From contig CM082584.2 of the NCBI GenBank assembly GCA_040954595.2, positions 482,281 through 546,280 on the forward strand: a stretch of 64,000 nucleotides of DNA. The letters are read 5' to 3'. The position numbers were made by a program, and so were the translations under genes. The notes under the pieces are model-generated. The model ran no database searches. It was not told the origin of the DNA and saw only the letters and a list, made by a program, of their open reading frames with translations. Within the stretch, counting starts at the first letter, position 1; every line of letters begins with the position of its first letter. Positions 38,471 to 51,100 of this stretch are shown here, one piece after another. This stretch comes from Balanoglossus misakiensis (lineage: Eukaryota > Animalia > Hemichordata).

Positions 38471-39612
38471 TGGCAGCGCTGAAGTTAGTTACCCTGAATG
38501 TCAGGGGTTTCAAAGACAAAACGAAAAGGAACTGTATATATCGCTGGCTAAAACTCCAAAAAACGAGTATCGCGATTTTACAAGAGTTGCATGGAAATGG
38601 AACAGACATTGACACTTGGGAGAAAGAATGGGGAGGGAAAGTATTCTTCTCGAAAGGTGACAATTATAGCAGAGGAACGGCAATATTGATTGAGCGCAGA
38701 TGTGACCTCACCATTGATTCCGTGTGGAATGACGACTTCGGAAGAATTTGCATAATAAACGGTAGCCTTGTAGGTGTTAAGCTTTCAATTTCTAGTGTTT
38801 ATGCCCCGAATCTCGTGAAACAAAGAACGGAATTCTTGAAAGATCTAGCTGGCCTGGTTGACACGCACTGCTATTACGAAAATCTTTTTATAGCAGGCGA
38901 CTTCAATTGTGCACTCAACGACACTTTGGACAGAGCGTCAAGTGTGAAATCACGGCAATCACATGATGGATCAAGAAGAGTCTTACGTAGTTTTTGTAAT
39001 CAGTTTCAACTTATTGATGTTTGGAGGAATTTCCACCCTGGGCAACGGCAGTTTACTTGGCGAAGATTGGCCCCATCACCGACTCATAGCCGATTAGATT
39101 ATGTTTTTATCTCAAAGCACCTCGTCAAGAATGTCAAAAAATCGGATATTCGTCCTGCTGTATACACAGATCATATGGCTGTTTACGTGGAATTGCAGAC
39201 CGCTTCAGATTGTAGAGGGCCTGGTACATGGAAACTGAACAATAGGCTTTTAAAAAATGAAGGCTTTGTCAACGGAGTCAAATCTGTAATCAGAGAGTGT
39301 GGTGAGAAGACATTCGAAAATAATCGGATGAAATGGGACATCATGAAGAAAGAAATTAAAGAATATGCATTGGAATTTACAAGGTATGGAACAAAAGATC
39401 ACAATAAGGAAATACCGAAGCTTGAGCAACAGCTAAAAGCGGATGAAAGAAATATGCTGGTGAATCCATCAGATGAAAATATACGGAAATACAGTGAAAC
39501 CAAACAACGCCTTGAGAATATTTACAACATACTCGCTGACGGTGCGCAGATAAGATCGCGTGCAGCGTGGGTGGAAAAGGGAGAAAGGAATACCAAGTAT
39601 TTTTATCATTAG
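38470..39612 (+). CDS. Tx1 ORF2p, N-terminal part: apurinic-like (APE/EEP) endonuclease domain
   Basis: Motifs TLNVRG, ILQELH, VYAPN, AGDFNC, IDVWR, FTW, SRLDYVF and TDH, followed by GPGTWKLN and WVEKGERNTKYF. Ends at a 1-bp frameshift. Confidence 0.93.
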   Translation: MAALKLVTLNVRGFKDKTKRNCIYRWLKLQKTSIAILQELHGNGTDIDTWEKEWGGKVFFSKGDNYSRGTAILIERRCDLTIDSVWNDDFGRICIINGSLVGVKLSISSVYAPNLVKQRTEFLKDLAGLVDTHCYYENLFIAGDFNCALNDTLDRASSVKSRQSHDGSRRVLRSFCNQFQLIDVWRNFHPGQRQFTWRRLAPSPTHSRLDYVFISKHLVKNVKKSDIRPAVYTDHMAVYVELQTASDCRGPGTWKLNNRLLKNEGFVNGVKSVIRECGEKTFENNRMKWDIMKKEIKEYALEFTRYGTKDHNKEIPKLEQQLKADERNMLVNPSDENIRKYSETKQRLENIYNILADGAQIRSRAAWVEKGERNTKYFYH

Positions 39613-42026
39613 AAAAGCGAAATGCAGGAAAAAAGGAAATTAAGGAGCTGGTGACCAGAAGTGGAAAGTGTGTGACAAAAACGGACGAGATTCTGCGGGA
39701 ACAAAGAGAATTCTACGAGACGATCTATCAGCGAAAATGTTGCCATCAGTCGATTGACGATTTTTTGGAAAATAGCAGTTTACCAGGACTAACAGCTCTA
39801 CAAAGTGAACAGTGCGAAGGTAATTTAACGGAAAGGGAATGTTTGCGCGCTTTGAAGACCATGGCAGCTAACAAGTCTCCGGGATGTGATGGACTTTCGG
39901 TCGAATTTTTTCTTTTCTTTTGGTCAGAAATAAAAACATTTGTCACTTCATCTCTCAATGAAGCCTGGTCGTCAGGGGAACTTTCTGCTACACAAAAAAG
40001 AGGTATTATTACATTGTTGTATAAAAAGGGAGATGAAAATGACTTGAATAATTGGAGGCCTGTGTCGCTTTTAAACATTGACTACAAAATTGCCACTAAG
40101 GCATTATCGAACAGACTCAAATGTGTTTTACCTACAATTATCCATAGAGATCAGACAGGCTATATGAAAGGCCGTTTTATTGGAGAAAACATTCGCCTGA
40201 TCTCCGATGTTCTAGACTACACTAAAAAGCGGCGTTTGGAAGGAGCGATCCTTTTTGTAGATTATGAGAAAGCGTTTGACAGTGTAAATTGGAAATTTTT
40301 GTATAGCGTGCTTAAAAAGATGAATTTTGGTCCAGGCTTTATACGCTGGATTGAAGTTTTATATAGTAATATTTCTAGTTGTATTGTTTATAAGGGATGG
40401 TGCTCTGGATACTTTTCATTACATAGAGGTGTTCGACAGGGATGTTCCCTCTCGGCTTTATTGTTTTTACTTGTGATCGAAGTACTTGCATGTAAAATAA
40501 GACAACACGGGGAGATCAACGGGATCCCCTTATATGGTAATAATACAGCGAAGATTTCATTATTTGCCGACGACACCACTATTTTTACAAGGGATGGTCG
40601 GTCATTAGAAAATGTTTTTAAAGTTATGGATGATTTTCATCAGTGTGGTGGTTTAAAAATGAGCAACAAGAAAACGAAGGCAATGTGGGTTGGAAAAAAC
40701 AGAAATAGTGAAAAGAAAATGGGAAATGTTGAATGGACAAATGAGCCCATCAAAACGCTTGGTGTGTATTTTGGCTATGACACTGAGAAATGTAACAAAC
40801 TTAACTGGGAGCCTAAGATTGATAAACTGAAAAAGGTGCTACAAATGTGGGAAAGGAGAAGGCTTACGTTTTATGGGAGAGTGATGATTACGAAGGTTTT
40901 TGCAATTTCACAGATTTTGTTTTTGACATCAGTGATTGGAATACCTGAAGGCATTAAGTGTGTTGTTCGAAAGCTAATTGATGGTTTTATAAGAAGAAAA
41001 CGAAATATAAGCAATGTAATACTTCAGAGTGATTGTGACAAAGGTGGCATCAGATGTGTCAACTTAGACAAGCAAATTGATTCTCTTTATGCAGTATGGG
41101 TCAAGAGACTGGTCTTGTGTAAAGGCAACACTTGGTCTGCTATACCATGGCATTATTTACAAATGGATGACCTTCAGTCATGTAATCTTATTCAGCACAA
41201 CATTTTCTGGGAATCACTACCAAAGGCTTTAGAGTCTGCGATCCCTGAATTTTACGTCAAGGTTTTAAATGCGTGGTACAGTGCAAGTGAAAACATCAAA
41301 GGAAACAGAAATGTAATTTTGAAATGGTGTAGCAAGTTTAACTTTTTCTACAAATCCTTGAAAAATTGTAAATACGGTATTTGGGATGGAAAACACTGGA
41401 TTTCCATCAATAACGTTACGTGTAAAGCCATTTATGCGAACATTCCACAAAGGAGTCCAAAAGTGGATAAACTTAACAAATGGTACACATTGCTGGAGGT
41501 ACCAAACCAGACTACAAAAGAAAGTGAAACGGTCTGGAAGAACATACACGCAATAACTAAGGAAACAAAGTTGCGGGAATTTCAATGGAAACTTTTACAC
41601 AGGTTGTTGCCATGTAATAAGTATTTGTTTTATTGGAATAAGAGCAGCAGTGTGGATTGTGAACTTAGTAAGATACCAGAGTCTCTTGAGCACAAGTACG
41701 TGCGTTGTACTATAGCCACATCACTTTGGGCAAAAATCGAGCGCATAATTCGGCAACTTTTTTGTAAAGATTTTGTTTTACAAAGCGCTCATATAATTTT
41801 CAATTGCATTAGAAGTGTTATGCTTTCGAAATCTGAAGAAAATATTGTAAATTTATTGATTTTAGTTTGCAAATGGAGTATACATAAATACTGGCTAAGT
41901 GAAACCAGAGCACCTTTAATGGTGCTAGTAAAATACGAATTCATATTGAGATACAAGGTATACAAGGAAATATGCAATAATTCAGAAAGTGCAAGAATTT
42001 TTGAAGCTATTATATCTATGATGTGA
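39604..42026 (+). CDS. Tx1 ORF2p, C-terminal part: reverse transcriptase and degenerate C-terminal zinc finger
   Basis: Motifs KSPGCDGL, NWRPVSLLNIDYKI, DQTGYMKGR, VDYEKAFDSV, GVRQGC, LFADD and KTLGV; C-terminal FQWKLLHR...CELSK...EH...C. It joins the upstream part if one T is added at 39600-39604, giving about 1185 aa. Confidence 0.95.
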
Positions 42027-42081
42027 GTTTTCGGTTGGTTTCTTTTTTTTGATATGTTAATGTAACAATGAAAGTTTTTTT

Positions 42082-42115
42082 AATAAAAGATACAAAAAAA
42101 AAAAAAAAAAAAAAA
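42082..42115 (+). terminator. Polyadenylation signal and retrotransposed poly-A tail of the Tx1 element
   Basis: AATAAA at 42082-42087, then 22 A at 42094-42115, directly followed by the 3' TSD. Confidence 0.9.
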
Positions 42116-45100
42116 TTACGCCAGTCTGTGTCATATAGAGCCGGTGCACCAGCCGAGTCACGCCGTAGGAAATCTGACTTGATCAACGTGGTCAATGTAC
42201 GCCTGTTTCTGCTCTAGAATGCCGGGGCTTCAGCTGAGCCAGGCCGTAGGAAACCCGACGTGATTACCGTTGTTAACTTACGCCAGTCTGTGTCCTATAT
42301 ATAGTGCCGGGGCATCAGCCGTGCCAGGCCGAAGGAAATGTGAGTAGATCAACGTGGTCTCTGTACGCGTGTTTCTGCTCTAGAGTGCCAGGGCTTTAGC
42401 CAAGCCATGCCGTAGGAAATCTGACTTGATCAACGTTGCTAACGAACGCTAGTGTCTGTCATAGTGTGCCGGGGTTTTAGTCGAGCCAAGCCGTAGGAGA
42501 TCAGACTTGATCAACGTGGTCTCTGTACGCGTGTTTCTGCTCTAGAGTGCCGGGGCTTTATCCAAGCCATGCCGTAGAAAATCTGACTTGATCACCGTTG
42601 CTAACGTACGCTAGTGTCTGTCATATTGTGACGGAGATTTAGCCGAGCCAGGCCGTAGAAAAATCGACTTGTTCAACGTTACCAGTGTGCAACTGTTTCT
42701 GCTCTAGAGTGTCAGGGTTTTAGCCGACTTATGCTGTTGGAAATCTGAGTTGATGCACGGGAATTCAATGTTAGAAAACCCGTGTGGAAAGTATCTCTAC
42801 CCGTTTGAAACTAAGAAAAGAATTTATTCTTATTTATTTTGTAAAAAAGACAATTTTTCGAAAAAAAGTCGATAATGGTAATTTTGTCTTGGGTGATTCA
42901 AATTATACCGCCTTTTCTGGAATTTGCAGCACTTTTTACAAGAGAACGACACTTCATGCTCCATAATATTTCCGAAAATGAAGAAAAAAGTTATTTTTTT
43001 ATGATTTTTTAAAAATTTACCATTTTTGTCAAAATATGGCCAAAATGGCTATTTTTCTTGAATTCCGTCAATATCTCTGCATTTTTGGAGTGGTCGAGAG
43101 TTTTAACGTACAATCAACATGTCATATATGATCAGGGCACCAAATTCGAAGAACAAAGGTTTTTTTATTTTTTTTTTCTAAAAATGACATTTTCAAGGAA
43201 TATTTGCTAAAACGCAATTTTGTCTGCAGTGAGCCAAATTGGCCGTTTTTTTTTGTGGAATTTGTATCGATATATATATACGAAGAGCATTCTATACTCC
43301 ATCAGATTTCCGAAAATGTAGAAAACAGGTATTTTTTGTAATTTTCAAAAATTTACCATTTTGACCAAATTGTGGCTAAAATTGTTATTTTCGTGTTGAA
43401 TGCCGCCAGTGTCACTGCTTTTTAAAGTCATAAAAACTTTTAACATACAAGCAATTGTTTATATATGATCAGGTCACCGAATTAAAAAAATAAAGAATGT
43501 TTTCCCTAAAAATGACCTTTTTGGTGCAAAAACGAATAAAACGCAATTTTGTATTAAATCAGCTCATTCAGAGTGCATTTTTTATAATCAGCACCATTTT
43601 TACATATAATGGAAATTTCATACATCATCAGATATCCAAATATGAAAAAATGAATTAGATATATTTAAGATGATTGTCCAAAATTAGCTGATATCTGATA
43701 AATGTAGTATTGAACCGTTCTGTTCCCCCCCCCCCCCCCTACATTACATGCGGTACGCCGATGTCAGCTTACCCGGCAGTACTGCAGGCCGTGCCCCCAA
43801 CTAACGTCGGTGTTTGAAACGCCCTGGTTAAATTCGAGCTTTCTCTATAAATTGACAGGCAATAAAGCAGTCCTACCCGAACAAATGTCGAGTGTTGACC
43901 CGCTGTGACTTTCCCTCTTCGGTTTGCCCGACTTAGCCAACGTCTTTGTACTAGAAAGTCGGGTCTTTTGCAGAGCCAGGCCGAAGGAAATCCGACTTGA
44001 TCACCGTTGCTAACGAACGCTAGTGTCTGTCATGGTGTGCCGGGGTTTTAGTTGAGCCAGGCCGTAGGAGATCTGACTTGATCATCGTGGTCAATGTACG
44101 CGTGTTTCCGCTCTAAAGTGCCGGTGCTTCAGCGAAACCAGGCCGTAGGAAATCCGACGTAATCACCGTTGATAACTTACGCCAGTCTGTGTCATATAGA
44201 GCCGGTGCACCAGCCGAGTCACGCCGTAGGAAATCTGACTTGATCAACGTGGTCAATGTACGCCTGTTTCTGCTCTAGAGTGCCGGGGCTTCAGCTGAGC
44301 CAGGCCGTAGGAAACCCGACGTGATTACCGTTGTTAACTTACGCCAGTCTGTGTCCTATATATAGTGCCGGGGCATCAGCCGTGCCAGGCCGAAGGAAAT
44401 GTGAGTAGATCAACGTGGTCTCTGTACGCGTGTTTCTGCTCTAGAGTGCCAGGGCTTTAGCCAAGCCATGCCGTAGGAAATCTGACTTGATCAACGTTGC
44501 TAACGAACGCTAGTGTCTGTCTTAGTGTGCCGGGGTTTTAGTCGAGCCAAGCCGTAGGAGATCAGACTTGATCAACGTGGTCTCTGTACGCGTGTTTCTG
44601 CTCTAGAGTGCCGGGGCTTTATCCAAGCCATGCCGTAGAAAATCTGACTTGATCACCGTTGCTAACGTACGCTAGTGTCTGTCATATTGTGACGGAGATT
44701 TAGCCGAGCCAGGCCGTAGAAAAATCGACTTGTTCAACGTTACCAGTGTGCAACTGTTTCTGCTCTAGAGTGTCAGGGTTTTAGCCGACTTATGCTGTAG
44801 GAAATCTGAGTTGATGAACGGGAATTCAATGTTAGAAAACCCGTGTGGAAAGTATCTCTACCCGTTTGAAACTAAGAAAAGAATTTATTCTTATTTATTT
44901 TGTAAAAAAGACAATTTTTCGAAAAAAAGTTGAAAATGGTAATTTTGTCTTGGGTGATTCAAATTATACCGCCTTTTCTGAAATTTGCAGCACTTTTTGC
45001 AAGAGAACGACACTTCATGCTCCATAATATTTCCGAAAATGAAGAAAAGAGTTAATTTTTTATGATTTTTTAAAAATTTACCATTTTTGTCAAAATATGG

Positions 45101-48100
45101 CCAAAATGGCTATTTTTTCTTGAATTCCGTCAATATATCTGCATTTTTGGAGTGGTCGAAAGTTTTAACATACAATCAACATGTCATATATGATCAGGGC
45201 ACCAAATTCGAAGAACAAAGGTTTTTTTTATTTTTTTTTCTTCTAAAAATGACATTTTCAAGGAAAATTTGGTAAAACGCAATTTTGTCTGCAGTGAGCC
45301 AAATTAGACGGTCTTTTGTGGAATTTGTATCGATATATACATACGAAGAGCAATCTATACTCCATCAGATTTCCGAAAATGTAGAAAACAGGTATTTTTT
45401 TTGTAATTTTCAAAAAATTACCGTTTTGACCAAATTGTGGCTAAAATTGTTATTTTCGTGTTGAATGCCGCCAGTGTCACTGCTTTTAAAAGTCATAAAA
45501 ACTTTTAACATACAAGCAATTCTTTATATATGATCAGGTCACCGAATTAAAAAAAAAAGAATGTTTTGCCTAAAAATGACCTTTTAGGTGCAAAAACGAA
45601 TAAAACGTAATTTTGTATTAAATCAGCTCATTCAGAGTGCATTTTTTATAATCAGCACCATTTTTTACATATAATTGAAATTTCATACATCATTAGATAT
45701 CCAAATATGAAAAAATGATTTAGATTTTAGATGATTGTCCAAAATTAGCTGATATCTGATAAATGTAGTATTGAACCGTTCTGTTTGCCCCACCCCCCCC
45801 CCCCCCTACATTATATGCGGTACGCCGATGTCAGCTTACCCGGCAGTACTGCAGGCCGTGCCCCCAACTAACGTCGGTGTTTGGAACGCCCTGGTTAAAT
45901 TCGGGCTTTCTCTATAAATTGACAGGCAATAATGCAGTCCTACCCGAACAAATGTCGAGTGTTGACCCGCTGTGACTTACCCTCTTCGGTTTGCCCGACT
46001 TAGCCAACGTCTTTGTACTAGAGTGTCAGTTCTTTTGCAGAGCCAGGCCGAAGGAAATCCGACTTGATCGCCGTTGCTAACGAACGCTAGTGTCTGTCAT
46101 GGTGTACCGGGGTTTTAGTCGAGCTAGGCCGTAGGAGATCTGACTTGATCATCGTGGTCAATGTACGCGTGTTTCCGTTCTAAAGTGCCGGGGCTTCAGC
46201 TAAACCAGACCGTAGGAAATCCGACGTAATCACCGGTGATAACTTACGCCAGTCTGTGTCATATAGAGCCGGTGCACAAGCCGAGTCACGCCGTAGGAAA
46301 TCTGACTTGATCAACGTGGTCAATGTACGCCTGTTTCTGCTCTAGAGTGCCGGGGCTTCAGCTGAGCCAGGCCGTAGGAAACCCGACGTGATTACCGTTG
46401 TTAACTTACGCCAGTCTGTGTCCTATATATAGTGCGGGGCATCAGCCGTGCCAGGCCGAAGGAAATGTGAGTAGATCAACGTGGTCTCTGTACGCGTGTT
46501 TCTGCTCTAGAGTGTCGGGGCTTTATCCAAGCCATGCCGTAGAAAATCTGACTTAATCACCGTTGCTAACGTACGCTAGTGTCTGTAATATTGTGACGGA
46601 GATTTAGCCGAGCCAGGCCGTAGAAAAATCGACTCGTTCAACGTTACCAGTGTGCAACTGTTTCTGCTCTAGAGTGTCAGGGTTTTAGCCGACTTATGCT
46701 GTAGGAAATCTGAGTTGATGAACGGGAATTCAATGTTAGAAAACCCGTGTGGAAAGTATCTCTACCCGTTTGAAACTAAGAAAAGAATTTATTCTTATTT
46801 ATTTTGTAAAAAAGACAATTTTTCGAAAAAAAGTCGAAAATGGTAATTTCGTCTTGGGTGATTCAAATTATACCACCTTTTCTGGAATTTGCAGCACTTT
46901 TTACAAGAGAACGACACTTCATGCTCCATAATATTTCCGAAAATGAAGAAAAGAGTTTATTTTTTATGATTTTTTAAAAATTTACCATTTTTGTCAAAAT
47001 ATGGCCAAAATGGCTATTTTGTCTTGAATTCCGTCAATATCTCTGCATTTTTGGAGTTGTCGAAAGTTTTAACATACAATCAACATGTCATATATGATCA
47101 GGGCACCAAATTCGAAGAACAAAGGTTTTTTTTATTTTTTTTTCTAAAAATGACATTTTCAAGGAAAATTTGGTAAAACGCAATTTTGTCTGCAGTGAGC
47201 CATATTAGACTGTCTTTTTTTTTGGAATTTGTATCGATATATACATACGAAGAGCATTCTATACTCCATCAGATTTCCGAAAATGTAGAAAACAGGTACT
47301 TTTTGTAATTTTCAAAAATTTTCCATTTTGACCAAATTGTGCTAAAATTGTTATTTTCGTGTTGAATGCCGCCAATGTCACTGCTTTTAAAAGTCATAAA
47401 AACTTTTAACATACAAGCAATTCTTTATATATGATCAGGTCACCGAATTAAAAAAATAAAGAATGTTTTGCCTAAAAATGACCTTTTAGGTGCAAAAACG
47501 AATAAAACGTAATTTTGTATTAAATCAGCTCATTCAGAGTGCATTTTTTATAATCAGCACCATTTTTACATATAATTGAAATTTCATACATCATTAGATA
47601 TCCAAATATGAAAAAATGATTTAGATTTTAGATGATTGTCCAAAATTAGCTGATATCTAATAAATGTAGTATTGAACCGTTCTGTTTGCCCCCCCCCCCC
47701 CCTTACATTATATGCGGTACGCCGATGTCAGCTTACCCGGCAGTACTGCAGGCCGTGCCCCCAACTAACGTCGGTGTTTGGAACGCCCTGGTTAAATTCG
47801 GGCTTTCTCTATAAATTGACAGGCAATAATGCAGTCCTACCCGAACAAATGTCGAGTGTTGACCCGCTGTGACTTACCATCTTCGGTTTGCCCGACTTAG
47901 CCAACGTCTTTGTACTAGAGTGTCAGGTCTTTTGCAGAGCCAGGCCGAAGGAAATCCGACTTGATCACCGTTGCTAACGAACGCTAGTGTCTGTCATGGT
48001 GTGCCGGGGTTTTAGTCGAGCCAGGCCGTAGGAGATCTGACTTGATCATCGTGGTCAATGTACGCGTGTTTCCGCTCTAAAGTGCCGGGGCTTCAGCGAA

Positions 48101-51100
48101 ACCAGACCGTAGGAAATCCGACGTAATCACCGTTGATAACTTACGCCAGTCTGTGTCATATAGAGCCGGTGCACAAGCCGAGTCACGCCGTAGGAAATCT
48201 GACTTGATCAACGTGGTCAATGTACGCCTGTTTCTGCTCTAGAGTGCCGGGGCTTCAGCTGAGCCAGGCCGTAGGAAACCCGACGTGATTACCGTTGTTA
48301 ACTTACGCCAGTCTGTGTCCTATATATAGTGCCGGGGCATCAGCCGTGCCAGGCCGAAGGAAATGTGAGTAGATCAACGTGGTCTCTGTACGCGTGTTTC
48401 TGCTCTAGAGTGCCAGGGCTTTAGCCAAGCCATGCCGTAGGAAATCTGACTTGATCAACGTTGCTAACGAACGCTAGTGTCTGTCATAGTGTGCCGGGGT
48501 TTTAGTCGAGCCAAGCCGTAGGAGATCAGACTTGATCAACGTGGTCTCTGTACGCGTGTTTCTGCTCTAGAGTGCCGGGGCTTTATCCAAGCCATGCCGT
48601 AGAAAATCTGACTTGATCACCGTTGCTAACGTACGCTAGTGTCTGTCATATTGTGACGGAGATTTAGCCGAGCCAGGCCATAGAAAAATCGACTTGTTCA
48701 ACGTTACCAGTGTGCAACTGTTTCTGCTCTAGAGTGTCAGGGTTTTAGCCGACTTATGCTGTAGGAAATCTGAGTTGATGAACGGGAATTCAATGTTAGA
48801 AAACCCTTGTGGAAAGTATCTCTACCCGTTTGAAACTAAGAAAAGAATTTATTCTTATTTATTTTGTAAAAAAGACAATTTTTCGAAAAAAAGTCGAAAA
48901 TGGTAATTTTGTCTTGGGTGATTCAAATTATACCGCCTTTTCTGGAATTTGCTGCACTTCTTACAAGAGAACGACACTTCATGCTCCATAATATTTCGGA
49001 AAATGAAGAAAAGAGTTATTTTTTTATGATTTTTTAAAAATTTACCATTTTTGTCAAAATATGGCCAAAATGGCTATTTTTTCTTGAATTCCGTCAATAT
49101 ATCTGCATTTTTGGAGTGGTCGAAAGTTTTAACATACAATCAACATGTCATATATGACCAGGGCACCAAATTCGAAGAACAAAGGTTTTTTTATTTTTTT
49201 TCTTCTAAAAATGACATTTTCAAGGAAAATTTGGTAAAACGCAATTTTGTCTGCAGTGAGCCAAATTAGACGGTCTTTTGTGGAATTTGTATCGATATAT
49301 ACATACGAAGAGCATTCTATACTTCATCAGATTTCCGAAAATGTAGAAAACAGGTATTTTTTGTAATTTTCAAAAATTTACCATTTTGACCAAATTGTGG
49401 CTAAAATTGTTATTTTCGTGTTGAATGCGGCCAGTGTCACTGCTTTTAAAAGTCATAAAATGTTTTAACATACAAGCAATTGTTTATATATGATCAGGTC
49501 ACCGAATTAAAAAAATAAAGAATGTTTTGCCTAAAATTGACCTTTTTGGTGCAAAAACGAATAAAACGCAATTTTGTATTAAATCAGAGTGCATTTTTTA
49601 TAATCAGCTCCATTTTAACATATAATGGAAATTTCATACATCATCAGATATCCAAATATGAAAAAATGATTTAGATTTTAGATGATTGTCCAAAATTAGC
49701 TGATATCTAATAAATATAGTATTGAACCGTTCTGTCCCCCCCCCCTACATTATATGCGGTACGCCGATGTCAGCTTACCCGGCAGTACTGCAGGCCGTGC
49801 CCCCAACTAACGTCGGTGTTTGAAACGCCCTGGTTAAATTCGGGCTTTCTCTATAAATTGACAGGCAATAATGCAGTCCTACCGGAACAAATGTCGAGTG
49901 TTGACCCGCTGTGACTTTCCCTCTTCGGTTTGCCCGACTTAGCCAACGTCTTTGTACTAGAGTGTCGGGTCTTTTGCAGAGCCAGGCCGAAGGAAATCCG
50001 ACTTGATCACCGTTGCTAACGAACGCTAGTGTCTGTCATGGTGTGCCGGGGTTTTAGTCGGGCCAGGCCGTAGGAGATCTGACTTGATCATCGTGGTCAA
50101 TGTACGCGTGTTTCCGCTCTAAAGTGCCGGGGCTTCAGCTAAACCAGGCCGTAGGACATCCGCCGTAATCACCGTTGATAACTTACGCCAGTCTGTGTCA
50201 TATAGAGCCGGTGCACCAGCCGAGTCACGCCGTAGGAAATCTGACTTGATCAACGTGGTCAATGTACGCCTGTTTCTGCTCTAGAATGCCGGGGCTTCAG
50301 CTGAGCCAGGCCGTAGGAAACCCGACGTGATTACCGTTGTTAACTTACGCCAGTCTGTGTCCTATATATAGTGCCGGGGCATCAGCCGTGCCAGGCCGAA
50401 GGAAATGTGAGTAGATCAACGTGGTCTCTGTACGCGTGTTTCTGCTCTAGAGTGCCAGGGCTTTAGCCAAGCCATGCCGTAGGAAATCTGACTTGATCAA
50501 CGTTGCTAACGAACGCTAGTGTCTGTCATAGTGTGCCGGGGTTTTAGTCGAGCCAAGCCGTAGGAGATCAGACTTGATCAACGTGGTCTCTGTACGCGTG
50601 TTTCTGCTCTAGAGTGCCGGGGCTTTATCCAAGCCATGCCGTAGAAAATCTGACTTGATCACCGTTGCTAACGTACGCTAGTGTCTGTCATATTGTGACG
50701 GACATTTAGCAGAGCCAGGCCGTAGAAAAATCGACTTGTTCAACGTTACCAGTGTGCAACTGTTTCTGCTCTAGAGTGTCAGGGTTTTAGCCGACTTATG
50801 CTGTAGGAAATCTGAGTTGATGAAGGGGAATTCAATGTTAGAAAACCCGTGTGGAAAGTGTCTCTACCCGTTTGAAACTAAGAAAAGAATTTATTCTTAT
50901 TTATTTTGTAAAAAAGACAATTTTTCGAAAACATGTCGAAAATGGTAATTTTGTCTTGGGTGATTGAAATTATACCGCCTTTTCTGGAATTTGCAGCACT
51001 TTTTACAAGAGAACGACACTTCATGCTCCATAATATTTCCGAAAAAATAAGAAAAGAGTTAATTTTTTATGATTTTTTAAAAATTTACCATTTTTGTCAA

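Larger units (their letters stand above)
35315..42115 (+). mobile_element. Apparently full-length non-LTR retrotransposon, Tx1/L1 clade
   Basis: 13-bp TSD TTACGCCAGTCTG (35302-35314 and 42116-42128); 210-bp 5' UTR; zinc-knuckle ORF1; APE+RT ORF2; AATAAA at 42082 and an A22 tail at 42094-42115. Confidence 0.95.

Noticed and set aside
36755-41977. Small ORFs within the Mutator-like insert and antisense to Tx1 ORF2
   Set aside because: No recognisable motifs; the antisense ones are shadows of the long sense ORF.
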